From Marsupella aquatica (taxonomy: Eukaryota; Plantae; Marchantiophyta): a stretch of 64,000 bases of DNA. Under the pieces are notes generated by a model. That model saw only the letters and a program-made list of their open reading frames with translations, was not told the origin of the DNA and ran no database searches. Location of the stretch: contig OZ316897.1 of the NCBI GenBank assembly GCA_973895155.1, forward strand, positions 23,411,455 through 23,475,454, read 5' to 3'. Shown here one piece after another: positions 23,869 to 35,396 of the stretch (the stretch's first letter is position 1; each line of letters starts with the position of its first letter). Made by a program: the position numbers and the translations under genes.

Positions 23869-25677
23869 ATGCCCGTCACTCGTTCTCAAGCAGCTTACTT
23901 GAGGAGATTGACCAGCGAACGAGAAAGTGCAACCACAACAAGCTCCGACTCGTCGGGCTCGGAGGACTCGCAATCGTCCCGACGTATGAACATACCCCCG
24001 GGATCTTCGGGGTCCGGTTCGACCGGCCCTGCTGCGGTTCCACCACCACCACCACCTATGGCAGCCGCTCCACCGGTGGCCCGCGCTGCTCAGGCGCCTC
24101 CACAAATATCGCAACGATCGCGATTTCATTATCGACCTTTCAAAGGGCGTCATGGGGATGATCCGGATGAATGGTTGGATGAGTTTGAAGCCACTGCTAA
24201 AGCTAATGGGGAAGACGCCATTAAGCTAACCGTCCTCCCGGGAGTAATGCGGGGAGAAGCTCGTCCATGGTACAACTCGTTACCACCCGGGACTACCTGG
24301 GCACAATTCCAAGCTGCATTGCTGCAGGAGTTTCGTGCCATTGGATCAGAACAACGTTCTCTATTAAAGATTGGCCAGCTTCGCATGGGAAAAAAAGAGT
24401 CCCTGCGGAAGTTCATTCAGAAGTTTCAGAAACTTGCGGCCAAGATCCGGCCCAGGCCAGGAGACGCGCTCCAGCTTACATGGTTCCTTCATGGTTTGCC
24501 CACGAATATGCAATTCTGGGTACGCCAAAATAATCCAATTTCAATGCAGGCGGCCATAGCGTGCGCCGAAACTTACCGGGAGTCCACCTATAACTCCTGG
24601 CAGAGCCAGCGAGCACGCCGCAGGAAGGGTAAGTACGAAACCTTCAGTGACAGTGACTCCGAATCGGACGACGAGAGGAAGAAGAAACGGAAGAAGAAGA
24701 AGAAACATCGTTCGACCTCGTCCAGCTCCGAGACGGAATCCAGTTCGGATTCAGCTTCAAGCATCGGATCCTCTACCTCCAGTTCATCAGGAAGTGACTT
24801 GGAGAGCGAAAGCCGGAGCAAAAAGAAGAAGAGACGAGTGAAGAAGGAGGGGAAGATTAAACCCCGGGCGCGAAGAACGATACCAGATCCAAAGGCTGCC
24901 GAAGCAGACAAGCTGAACGAAATCACGGATCGACTCAAAGCACTATCAGTACATCTTGCGGAGAAGCCGGTGGAGAAGAAGAAGCCATCTGAGATTCGAG
25001 CCCATGCGTGGTGTTCAAAGTGCTTCCAATCCGGCCATGTGGTGCAGGAATGCCCAAGGTGGAAGAACCGAGTTCACCAAGTAGAGCTGGATGATGTTGA
25101 CAACCCGGGCCCCGAATCGGAGTCCACGGAGTATTTCTTTGAGGACCCTCCTGATTCCATGTACCAGATTTCAACGGTTGGTCCGCGTAATTTAGCGGGT
25201 AGAACTGCGTACCCCTACCCAAGTAATGGCCAGAGTTTCCAGGTTATCAGTAACCCGAGCATCCCTCCTAAGCCAGGGATTTGGCGGTCCCCGGTTTGTT
25301 ACAACTGTGAAAAGCCAGGACACTTTGCGAGGGAATGCACCGAACCAAGACGTCAGGGAGATGGCCGAGGCACCCCACTATGTCAAGTTTGCAAAACGGA
25401 GGCTCATTCCACGGCCAACTGTCCGTTGGTAATCGCTACTCGAACGAGTGCGGCTAGACCGGCCCAGGCTGGACCAGTCACGAGCGATGCAGTCGTCCAA
25501 ATGATTGCTGTAGAATGGCAAGATGACAACACCGAGTGGGTGAATCTGGTGGACGTGGCGGAACACCCTAATCCATTGGATGAGGCCGAGTGCTACCGAG
25601 TGTCGACAAGGGCCGAACGGAAGGAAGAAAAGACGGAGGAGAAACGGAGGAAAAAGCAAGATACTACTCCGGTGTAG
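23869..25677 (+). CDS. gag: gag of B (retrotransposon gag domain, Ser/Lys-rich tract, three CCHC knuckles)
   Basis: DPDEWLDEFE..ARPWY..TW..F motif; CSKCFQSGHVVQEC, CYNCEKPGHFAREC, CQVCKTEAHSTANC. Confidence 0.9.
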   Translation: MPVTRSQAAYLRRLTSERESATTTSSDSSGSEDSQSSRRMNIPPGSSGSGSTGPAAVPPPPPPMAAAPPVARAAQAPPQISQRSRFHYRPFKGRHGDDPDEWLDEFEATAKANGEDAIKLTVLPGVMRGEARPWYNSLPPGTTWAQFQAALLQEFRAIGSEQRSLLKIGQLRMGKKESLRKFIQKFQKLAAKIRPRPGDALQLTWFLHGLPTNMQFWVRQNNPISMQAAIACAETYRESTYNSWQSQRARRRKGKYETFSDSDSESDDERKKKRKKKKKHRSTSSSSETESSSDSASSIGSSTSSSSGSDLESESRSKKKKRRVKKEGKIKPRARRTIPDPKAAEADKLNEITDRLKALSVHLAEKPVEKKKPSEIRAHAWCSKCFQSGHVVQECPRWKNRVHQVELDDVDNPGPESESTEYFFEDPPDSMYQISTVGPRNLAGRTAYPYPSNGQSFQVISNPSIPPKPGIWRSPVCYNCEKPGHFARECTEPRRQGDGRGTPLCQVCKTEAHSTANCPLVIATRTSAARPAQAGPVTSDAVVQMIAVEWQDDNTEWVNLVDVAEHPNPLDEAECYRVSTRAERKEEKTEEKRRKKQDTTPV

Positions 25678-28600
25678 CCAGCGATAAATATACCCCCGGA
25701 AAAGGATGATGACTACCGACGGGACGACCCGAAGCTATTTTTCCCCCGCATCGAAGAATTGGTAAAGAAACAGCTGGAGGCTTACGAAGCTCGGGAATAC
25801 CAGAAGGCAATCGATAAGGACATCAAAGCAGCCGAGACAGCCCAGCGTCAGGAGCAAGAAAAGCAAGATAAACAAGAGGAAGCCAAGCAGCAGCCAACGA
25901 AAGAAACAAAGGAGGACTATGATATTAAGGAGGACGTGAAGAGTTGCCCGGGTACAGCAACGGTGGGGCAACTGCTGCAGAACAACCCACAGTACAGACG
26001 ACAACTGAGGGAGTTGCTCATGGGTCGCCGAAGGAGAAGACTACCCCGAGTTGGGAGTGCGGACTGCAACATGATATGCGAGGACCTTGGAGCGCCGGAC
26101 ATCTTGATCGAAATTAATAACTGTACCATCAAGATGGTCCTTGTAGACGGAGGAGCGGGAGTCAACATCATGACTGAAGAAACGTCAGTCAAGTTAGGAT
26201 ACCTCACGTATCAACCCACGGCCCGAGCTATCAGATTAGCAAACGGGGCAAGGGTCCTCCCATTAGGCACGCTCACACGAGTGCTCACTCTGGTGGGAGG
26301 GGTAGAGTTCTATCTCAACTTCTTAGTCATGAGGCCGGTTCGTCCCTCCTCTTATCCGGTTCTTCTGGGCAGGCCGTGGCTGTACGGTGGCCGTGTAGTC
26401 ACGGATTGGGGAAAGAAGGAGCTACGGTTCGGGGAACCCACCGTACGGGTATCCTGGGCAATGGACGATTATCAGGGAGAAACCCCACAAGGACCCGAGG
26501 AATATGATTCGGAGACCTCGGAGGAAGAGGAACTCAATATGATCGAACTCATCTCGTCCCTATCCGAGGAAGATGTCTTCGGAGTTGAAGCAACCCGAGA
26601 AACACATCTCCTAAATTACCCGAGGGCTGCCATTGAGTCCACCCCAAGTACATCTACTGTCGGGGATGAGGAAACGCACGAACAACTCGTCGAGACGGAG
26701 GACACGGCTCCAGCCAAGCAGGGAGCCGTGGCTACTCCTTCCATTTCAGAGCCTTGTAACTATGAACCAGCCCAACAACCGCCTGAGGCCGAAAACTCGA
26801 GACCGAGACATAAAAAGCGAGTCTCATGGGATCCGTCCATTCCGCAATTGGAGGAAGTAAACCCCATCCCGAGACCAATCCCGGTCCCACCCATGTACGG
26901 AGGGGTTCGGTTAGCTGAGCTTGACGCGAGCCTGGACCCGAGTCTGCGAAACCAGGTTGAAGTCATCAGGAAGGAGCACTACCGGAAGTACACTATTGGG
27001 ATGGACAAATCTTTTAACCTGGGCCACGCTTTGACGGGGAAGGCTGAAAAAGCCATCCAAGCTTTGCTCAAGGAATATGAAGATGTGTTTGCATGGAGTC
27101 ATCATGATTTAACAGGCGTCTCCCCCGAGTTGGGAGAACACACAATCGATCTGAACCTAGGAGCCCATGCGGTACGACAGCGACAACGTCGCATGAATCC
27201 GAGGTACTCCATCTTAGTGAAGGAGGAAATTGATCGTCTCCTCGCCGCCGATATCATTTACCCGGTAATGGCCAGCGACTGGGTCTCTCCCATTGTCATT
27301 GTACCAAAGAAGGGAGGTACGGATGGAAAACCTAAGATTCGTATCTGTCAGGACTACCGTAAGCTGAATGACGCAACCCGAAAAGACCATTACCCATTAC
27401 CATTCACGGATATGGTTCTAGATATGGTGGCCCGAAATGAAATCTATACATTTCTTGACGGGTATTCAGGTTATAACCAAATCTGGATTCGTCTCGCGGA
27501 TCAGCTCAAAACAACGTTCACTACGGAGTGGGGAACGTTCGCATTTTGGAGGATGCCTTTTGGTCTGTATAACGCCCCGGCTATGTTTCAGCGCCTTATG
27601 ATGAATATCTTCCACGATTTCCTACGGGAATTTTTGGAGATATTTATCGATGACTTTGCCATCTTCGGAACCGTTGCCATGCACCCCAAACACCTACGAC
27701 GAACGTTGCAACGATGCCGAGATGTTAACCTCAAACTACATCCCGCCAAATGCTTCTTCGGGGTAGAGGAGGGGGTGTTACTCGGGCATCGTGTGTCCAA
27801 ACGGGGCATTGAGGTGGACCAAGAGAAAGTTGCGGCCTGGATGGCGGTGGTGTTCCCCTTGGATCAAAAAGCAGTATGATCCTTCTTGGGCTGCGTAGGG
27901 TATTACCGCCGGTTCATTAAAGACTTTGCTAAAATTGCGTTGCCCTTAACTGAGATGATGAAGAAGGACGCAACGGTCGAGGAAACACCCCGGAGACGGA
28001 TTGCTTTTGAGGAACTCCGTAAACGACTCACCACCGCGCCTATCATGGTCACCCCAGACTGGAATAAGGAGTTCCACGTGTATGTCGATGTGTCAGGGTT
28101 CTGTATCGGATCCGTACTTAGTCAGCTAGATAAGGATGGACGTGATCACCCCATCTATTTCGCTAGCCGTCAACTATTTGCAGCCGAAAAGAATTATTCC
28201 CCCACTGATCGAGAAGCTTTGGGAATAATCTACTCGTGTAAAAAGTTCCGACACTATCTGCTAGGCTACAAGGTCATTTTCCACACGGATCATGATAGCC
28301 TGAAGTACATGGTCAACAAAGCGGATGTGACAGGACGGATAGCCCGGTGGGTGCTACTTCTCCAGGAATTTAATTACGAAGTTCGGGTTCGGCCAGGAAG
28401 GGTTTCTTTTCACGACTGGACGGCGTACCAGTCGATCAGCCAATTGATGATATTTTTCCGGATGAGGAGTTGTTCCACGTAGGGGAAGGGACACCAACGT
28501 GGTACGGCTCAATAATCACCTTCCTTTTAACGGGCCGCATCCCTGACGGCATCAATCAGGAGGCCGCCGCTGTGTTTTTACGGAAAGCCGGGCCTTACGT

Positions 28601-29837
28601 CATGATACAGGGTCACCTACATAAGGAAGGTATTAACGGAAAGTTACGACGCTGCTTAGAGTATAAGGAGACACTTATCGTGATACGGGCCCTGCATGAA
28701 GAAGAAGCTGGAGGCCATTTTGCGGCAGTTACGACAGCCCGAAAGATTCTGGACTCGGGGTATTGGTGGCCTACATTGCATCGGGATGTACAGCGCTTCA
28801 TTAAGGGCTGTGACTTATGTCAGCGAGCGGGGGCCCCGAGGCGGGCTCATCATCACCCGCTCACATCTGTGCTTCCATTGGCACCATTCGAAAAATGGGG
28901 AATTGATTATATCGGACCGTTCACTCCCGTTACCCGAAGGCGAAGGTGCAGGTACATCCTATTAGCTATTGATTACTCCACCAAATGGGTCGAAGCGCGG
29001 GCTACGGTAAAGGACGATGCCGCAACCAGTGCCAGATTCTTATACGAACAGATTTTCACCCGATTCGGACCGCCCTTAGAATTGGTAAGCGACCGTGGAA
29101 CCCACTTCCTCAATGACACCGTAGCCCAGCTTACGGAGCGTTACCTAGTCAAGCACCGCAAGACTACCCCATATCATCCTAAAGCCAACGGGATGGCGGA
29201 GAGAGCAAATGGTATCATTGGGAAGATCCTCAACAAAACTGTAGCTGCGCACAAAACGGATTGGGATGATAAGTTGTACGCGGCGGTGTACTCGTATAAT
29301 CTAGCTTACAAAACTACTACGAGTCATAGCCCGTACTTTCTGGTGTTCGGCCAACATTCGTTGGTGCCCGTCGAATTTGAAGTGCACACTCCACGGGTCA
29401 GCATTCGGGATCGCTTACCTGAATCTGAAAGTCTGTCAGACCGAGCTTATCAGATTGAAGCCTTGGAAGAAGCACGGCTACTGGCAGCTCGACACACCGT
29501 GAAGAAACAGGCAACTTTGAAGAAGCAGCACGACAAAGGACTACGGAGGGTCGACGTCGTGGCAGGCGATCTAGTCCTTCTGTACGATAGTAGGTACATG
29601 CAGTTTCCAGGGAAGCTGCATACCCGGTGGTTGGGGCCCTTCCTTGTCAATCAGATCTACCGAAACGGATCTTTGGAGCTTGCGACGTATGCCGGCGATT
29701 TACTCCCCACGCGAATCAGCTACGATCGTGTAAAAAAGTACCACCATCAAGATGACGACGCCAATAGCGATGTTCGCGAGGACGCTTCACAATTAAGCAG
29801 GGAGCTATGTGACGCCGCCGGTACGGCGGTTAAATGA
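25678..29837 (+). pseudogene. pol: pol of B (PR-RT-RH-INT), in frame with gag; TGA at 27877 and frameshifting deletion near 28400
   Basis: LVDGGAG protease, FIDD RT, YVDVSG RH, WGIDYIGP/SDRGTHF INT. The frame runs into the 3' LTR. Confidence 0.92.
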
Positions 29838-32800
29838 GTGATTCAGTCTAACTGCGCTCGGCACGCGCGTTAGGTGGGTCTTAGGCCGCTATTATTAGCA
29901 TAACGACAGTATTTAGGTAATCATTAGGGGTAGGACATCATTAGGCAATAAGGGGGACTTCAGGTTCGGGCTGGCGGCGGGTCGCTATTCGCACACCCGG
30001 GTTATGAGCATGGAGGGGCCCCTCCCTCGGGTCCGTATAACGAACTTAAGGAAGCGGCCACTGACGCACGCTGACTCAGACCGGCGGAGTGGCCGATACA
30101 CCACAAGCGTGAGCGGTTCAACCTATGGGCGTCGAGGAGACGTCGGGGATCGACAAGCCCTCAAAGTATAAAAGGGGAGCCAACCCTTTGTAGTGCACCA
30201 GTCCATCAGTCCGCGCGCCAGCTTCGACCCCAGCTCTCTCGTTCTCTCTAGGTCGCCACTACTATCTCCTCTGAATGTCGCACACGATCCTCTCCAGCTC
30301 GGCCATTCGATTCTGGACGCAGTTCCTATCTACCGGAAGGCACTTGGCCGATTCATTGAAACACGCCAACCCGCGCCGATACGAGATCGAACGCGAATAC
30401 GAGAGAGCCATCCGCCTAGCAGGACGACACCACTACGTCCTTAACTTTGACTACCCGTCTCAGAGCGAGCTTTACCGACCAGCTGAGGTATCTGGGTACT
30501 TCTTTGACGGAGACAAATATATCGGGTTTTGGGAAGCATTGCTTCGGCTTCCGGACGAGGTCTTCAATATCCCGGGTACAATCGACCTGCAGCGACATCA
30601 CTTCGACCACATCCCTGCCCAGGTTCGGGCAGTCATTAACGGCGAGTCCAGTACCAACCGTTCGACAAGGGCGTCCGCACTCGCTTCGGAGAACTTCTAC
30701 CAGCACCTACAGAGCTTCATGGGAACTCGGCCATCAACCAACATGACCAACTCAGCCGTACCCGTACCCGTACCCGTGCCCATGCAACCGCAGCTTCAGC
30801 TTCAGCCTCAGCCACAGCCTAGCCAAACCCCGCCACCTATCACCCAGCCAGCACAAGTACGCTCCGTCATCAACGCTGTGGATCTTAGCGATGACGACGA
30901 GGCTACCCCACCCTTGACCAGGCGGCCCAGAGGAACAAGCGCTCGGGGGGCCGACACTATATCGTCCCCACCCCCTGCTCTGACCCCAGGAGCGGCCCCA
31001 GCAGACAACATGGTGACCGTGGCCGCCCCGGGCCCGTTACCAACCGCAGTGGCACTCCCCAGGCCCAATCGGGAGGATGGGGAAGTATCACCTTCCCCGA
31101 GTCAGTCACGGGGAAAGAAGAGGAAGGAATCCGCCAGTGCATTCGGGTTACCGTTGGCCACGGTAGCCGTAGCCAAGGTAACGATGCATCGCATGGGGGA
31201 AAACGTTCACAGCAACATCCTCCATCCCAAGCATGCGGTGTACCTGAAGACTCAGGGATTTGAGCACCTCGCCTCTCTCCCCTGGAACACTTGCAGGTAC
31301 TACGGGGAGGACATGACAGAATTCGTCAAGAATTATGACGACGTACGTCAACAGACTCGGCTGCGGGGAAGGAATATGTCCCTCACAGAAGAACGGCTCA
31401 AGATGATCTTCGGGTTACCCGAAGGTGACCATCGAGTCGAATCACGGGCTCCCGGGGGCAAGGGGGCCAAGTACCAATCTTCAAGTTTTCCCTCAGAGGG
31501 ATCAGTAGACAACGGGTTCGTGATGAGGACCAGCCTCATGCCCGAGATAGCTGAGCGGCTGGAGTTCCAGAGGTACGCTCTCCACATGATGGAACCCCGG
31601 GGGGAGATCTCCGCCGCCCAGGTCATCCAGGTCGAGAACTATCGACCTAGGAAGTGGGCGTCGTACTTCGCTAAGAAATTCCATGAAGAGATGGAGCGGC
31701 GAAGGAAGACGCTGTACATTGGCGGGAAGGCGTATTTCGCTAGCCACATCGAAATCATTCTTGAGTGGTACGCCCGGTTTGATCGACGAACCCTTCCCCG
31801 CATCAACGTTACAAAGCTGGTCCCAGCTAGGTGGGTTTTTCCGGCATTGGAGAGACGGCCCCAACCCGAGGCCCGAAGTCCAGTGGACACGCCAGCTTCA
31901 CCCACTCCACCTCCACAAATAGTTGTTATCGTAACCGAGGAGGCGCCGGAGGGGTCGGTCGTCGCAACCGTTGATGCGACCCAACTAGCCGGGCTAAGTA
32001 CAGAAGTTGGTATGGCAGAGGTCTTACCCGAACCTGGGTCTCCCAAGGACCCGCCGGTGGCAATTCCGGAGAACCGGACATCGCTGCAGGAGGATACTCC
32101 GGCCCCTTCCAACGTTATGTCCCCAGGGCTGGACGTCACTGCCCCGGCCCCTGCGCGTGTTGATGTCTGCCCGTGCCCAAATCCGGACAGGCACAACTTG
32201 GACCACCCGAAACTCTTCGTACAGGGTACGTTTCTGAACGGGCTTCTGGGAGATTTCTCTCATCAAATTGCCCGGGATACCGGGGAGTTCATGGCTCGGA
32301 AGGTAGCCTGTTTCTTCAATCAGGAGTTGGTTGCCACCGTAAAGGCAGGGCGGGCCCAGTCGAAGGCCCTTCAGAGGATAGAGCGGTACCGGGTGGAGTC
32401 CGTGTACCTAAAGAACGAAGTGGCGGCTCAAGAGGCTGAACTTCTGCAACTACGACCCAAGGTTGCAGCCGCCGATGAGTTGTTAGCAAAGGCGTACGCT
32501 CTTACCGCCCTAGCCGAACAGGCCAAAGCTGGGAACGAGGCCGAGATTACACGACTCCGGAACCAGATTGACAGTTTGAAGAAACAAGCTGTCACCTGGC
32601 AGAAAGACCTGGAGGAGGCCGAGGAGCGAGCCCAGCGAGACGCGACGGAGATAGCCACGCTGTAGGCCGAGATGGCGCGGCTCCAAACCGAGGCCGAGAA
32701 GCAGGACCAGCTGGCGAGTAAATTGGCGAGCGACGCCCAGCAGCTGGAGGAGGCATATCAGGAGGCAGCAGAGGAGACGGACGCGGCGAGGCGAGAGAAC

Positions 32801-33810
32801 GAATCTCTGCTGGACCAGGTCCAGCTCCTCAAAGCGGACAATGACAGGCTTCGAAGGCAGCGGGATGGCCGTTCCCATTCGGGCGGCTCTGGCAAGCGTG
32901 CCAGGCATTAGCAGCGGAGTAGGAATAGATTAGGATTAGGATTGGCTTAGTCAGGCTCTTGGGACAGGCACCTGCCTTAGGTACGGCAGCGCTGCCCTGC
33001 TGTCCAGCCTGCATAGATTAGGATCTTCTAATAAGACACAACCGTTTTCCGGCCTGACTGTCAGCTTAGTTAGGACCTTGGTCAGCGAATCTTCGGCGGG
33101 AGGATACCCCGTTCCTCGGCTCTTAGTATTTAGTGCACCCCTCGGTAGAGGCAGGGGGGGTTTTTAGTTTCAGAGTCGGACATCCGCGGGACATGCGGGG
33201 AGTCCCGACCTCTGGGAATGACAGAGTACCAAGGGGAGGGGGTAGGACTAAGCTTGCCGGGCGAGTGCGGAGCTGGGCTCCGTTGTAGTGTGCACCCTTG
33301 GTCTTGAACCTGTGCATTCCAGGGCTGTCGTGTCAACTAAGTGTACGCATATGTTCCCTTTGTAGTAAAAATCCTTTCCCATCATTTTTCCTTCGTGTAA
33401 ATCGAGATTGTATGCATGTGTGCGCATATGTGTGTGGGTTTCTCGTATATGGGTGGCAGCGCCGGGCCGAACGCACTACCCGAGACGTGCACAGGGTGCA
33501 GCCTGCGGGTAAGTGGTTACGAGCACGGGTTGAGGACCTGTATCATCAAATCCGGATCAAAGGCGGACAGCACGAAGGCTTAGAAGCCCTTAAGCCGGGG
33601 TCGATCCTGCTATCGACTAGGGTACGTTCCGGCGGCGGAACACAAACCATACCTAGGAGGTGTCCGTATTTAGCAGTATGCGCACTTAGCGCTAGTTTAC
33701 GAGAATAAGGTGCATTACCTGCTTCCCTTCCTGCCCGAACCCTCAGATTTACGAGGGATGTGCCCGTCTAAGCTGAAGTCTGAGTTAAGGCCGAAGCCTA
33801 CGACGTGACA
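29808..33810 (+). repeat. 3' LTR of B (4003 bp)
   Basis: Preceded by PPT-like AATTAAGCAGGGAGCTA and followed by the TSD. Confidence 0.95.
30275..32911 (+). pseudogene. LTR-embedded protein of B, 3' LTR copy (878 codons, one CAG>TAG stop at 32663)
   Basis: 796-aa ORF plus in-frame 79-aa continuation; the stop is CAG in the 5' LTR copy. Confidence 0.87.
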
Positions 33811-33982
33811 CTCCAAGTCCTACTCCACTCCAATCAGTGTGTAGCTGAAATGGTTTGCCTGAAATGGGTCTTCTCAAAATAGGGGATGATGCCAACCTTT
33901 GCTTCAACTCCTGAAAGGCATGCTCCTGGTCATCACCCCAAATCCATTCCTGATCCAACTTAGTGAGTATGGTCAAAGGTTT
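33811..33982 (-). pseudogene. RT connection / RNase H start of element C between insertions B and D1
   Basis: LTKLDQEWIWGDDQEHAFQELKQRLASSPIL..PFQLHTDWS. Confidence 0.88.
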
Positions 33983-35372
33983 TGTGGTATGGGTGTCCCT
34001 GCAATTTTTTCTGGAAACTTGTTTATTTTTAGCATATCACAAGATTTACTTACACTTTAGACACCTTCCGGCCAACATTTACTTGTTCTGGACACTTATA
34101 GAAATATTTGACATCTCCGGCTTTCCTGACGATTCCTAGTGTACTTTGCCCGACGCTGTGACCAGCGCCCGTTTCTTTTACTCAAGACGCTGCGGAAGCA
34201 TCCAAACTCCTCATGACGCTTTTGGCAGTGCCCGACCGCCACCAAGACTCTATGAGGATTTCGACCGACGCTGTGGAAAGCGTCAGCTTCAACACACGAC
34301 GCTGTGAGCAGCGTCCACCCTAGTATTGACGCTGTGAGCAGTGTGAGCAGCGTCCGTTGGTTTTACTTAAGACGCTTCTAGCAGCGTCCAGATTCTCCCG
34401 ACGCTTCTAGCAGCGTCCGCTCAACACTTAGTTTTTGAAGTAGATTACTAGTAAAGTAGTATTCTACCACCCTTGTTGAAGTACTTATGCTGTGCTTCTC
34501 CCTTGTTTAGTTTTAAGCTTGGAAAGGCACGACTGTTCTTACCTCCTCCATTTTAGGATTCCAGCACTTATAAGACAGAGTAGAATGCTCATTTGAAGTA
34601 GAGAGAAATAGAGTTAATACTGTATTCAGAATTGAGTCTTCTGAATAGTTTTCTCCTCCTTCCATTGTAACAAGGCATGCTGTGAGTGTTTTGTATGGAA
34701 GTAAAGCTATATTGATTGAAGTTAAGATTGAATTCAAGAGATTCCTGTGGTGATTGAATTCAGTTGCAGATTTCTGAAACTCGTATTGAATTCACTGCTA
34801 GGCTTGCTTGCAGAGTCGGGATTCGCTAGCCAATTCAAGAATAGTTAATGATAAATGAGAAGTAAATTCTGATTCTCAGAGTAGTTAGTACTGTTGCTTT
34901 GATTCTGGAATATGGTTTAGAGTTTGACTGAATTGCGTATCGCTGATGTCAAACCATGTTGACGGCATTTTAAATCATATCATTCATTTGCAATCAGAAA
35001 GCTTCTGCTTCATCAGATTGAGAATTCCATTATCATTAACCTTTGTGTTTTGAAGAGTGAGATGGATGAATTATGAGATAGATTTCATGTCTATACTGAG
35101 CCCAAATCCTTTCTGAAGGAGTGGCAGTAGCAGCTTGTAGTCTCTAAATCCTTACTCATTTCTTCTCTAATTCATAAATCAGAAGTTCAGTTACTTTGTT
35201 GTTTGTTTATTCGATTTTTTTATTGAGAAGTGAAGTCAACATAGAGCTCAAGACTCTAAATCATTCGGAGTGATAAAAGTTATACAATTCATTCTGAAAT
35301 CTGTTCTTAAAGGGATCGAAACCCTGGTTTTAGGTGAGGAGAGTCACTTTTGATACTTAGCACTATACGACA
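33983..35372 (+). repeat. 5' LTR of D1 (1390 bp)
   Basis: TGTGGTATGG...TACGACA, matching 51939-53328 and 60530-61979. Confidence 0.95.
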
Positions 35373-35378
35373 TCTTTT

Positions 35379-35396
35379 TGGCGCCGCTGCCGGGGA
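35379..35396 (+). other. PBS of D1, tRNA-Asp type
   Basis: TGGCGCCGCTGCCGGGGA, one mismatch to the Athila-type TGGCGCCGTTGCCGGGGA. Confidence 0.85.

Larger units (their letters stand above)
19748..33810 (+). mobile_element. Complete Ty3/Gypsy element B (14,063 bp) with ~4 kb gene-containing LTRs
   Basis: 5-bp TSD CTCCA at 19743-19747 and 33811-33815. TG...CA LTR pair, PBS-like site, gag-pol and PPT are all present. Confidence 0.95.

Noticed and set aside
25675-25677. Programmed gag/pol readthrough stop in B
   Set aside because: TAG-CCA is not a recognised leaky context, and this copy has several other C>T stops, so mutation is more likely.
19748-33810. 4-kb direct repeat as an assembly artefact or segmental duplication
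   Set aside because: TG..CA ends, PBS-like site, PPT, perfect 5-bp TSD and independent mutations in each copy show a genuine LTR pair.
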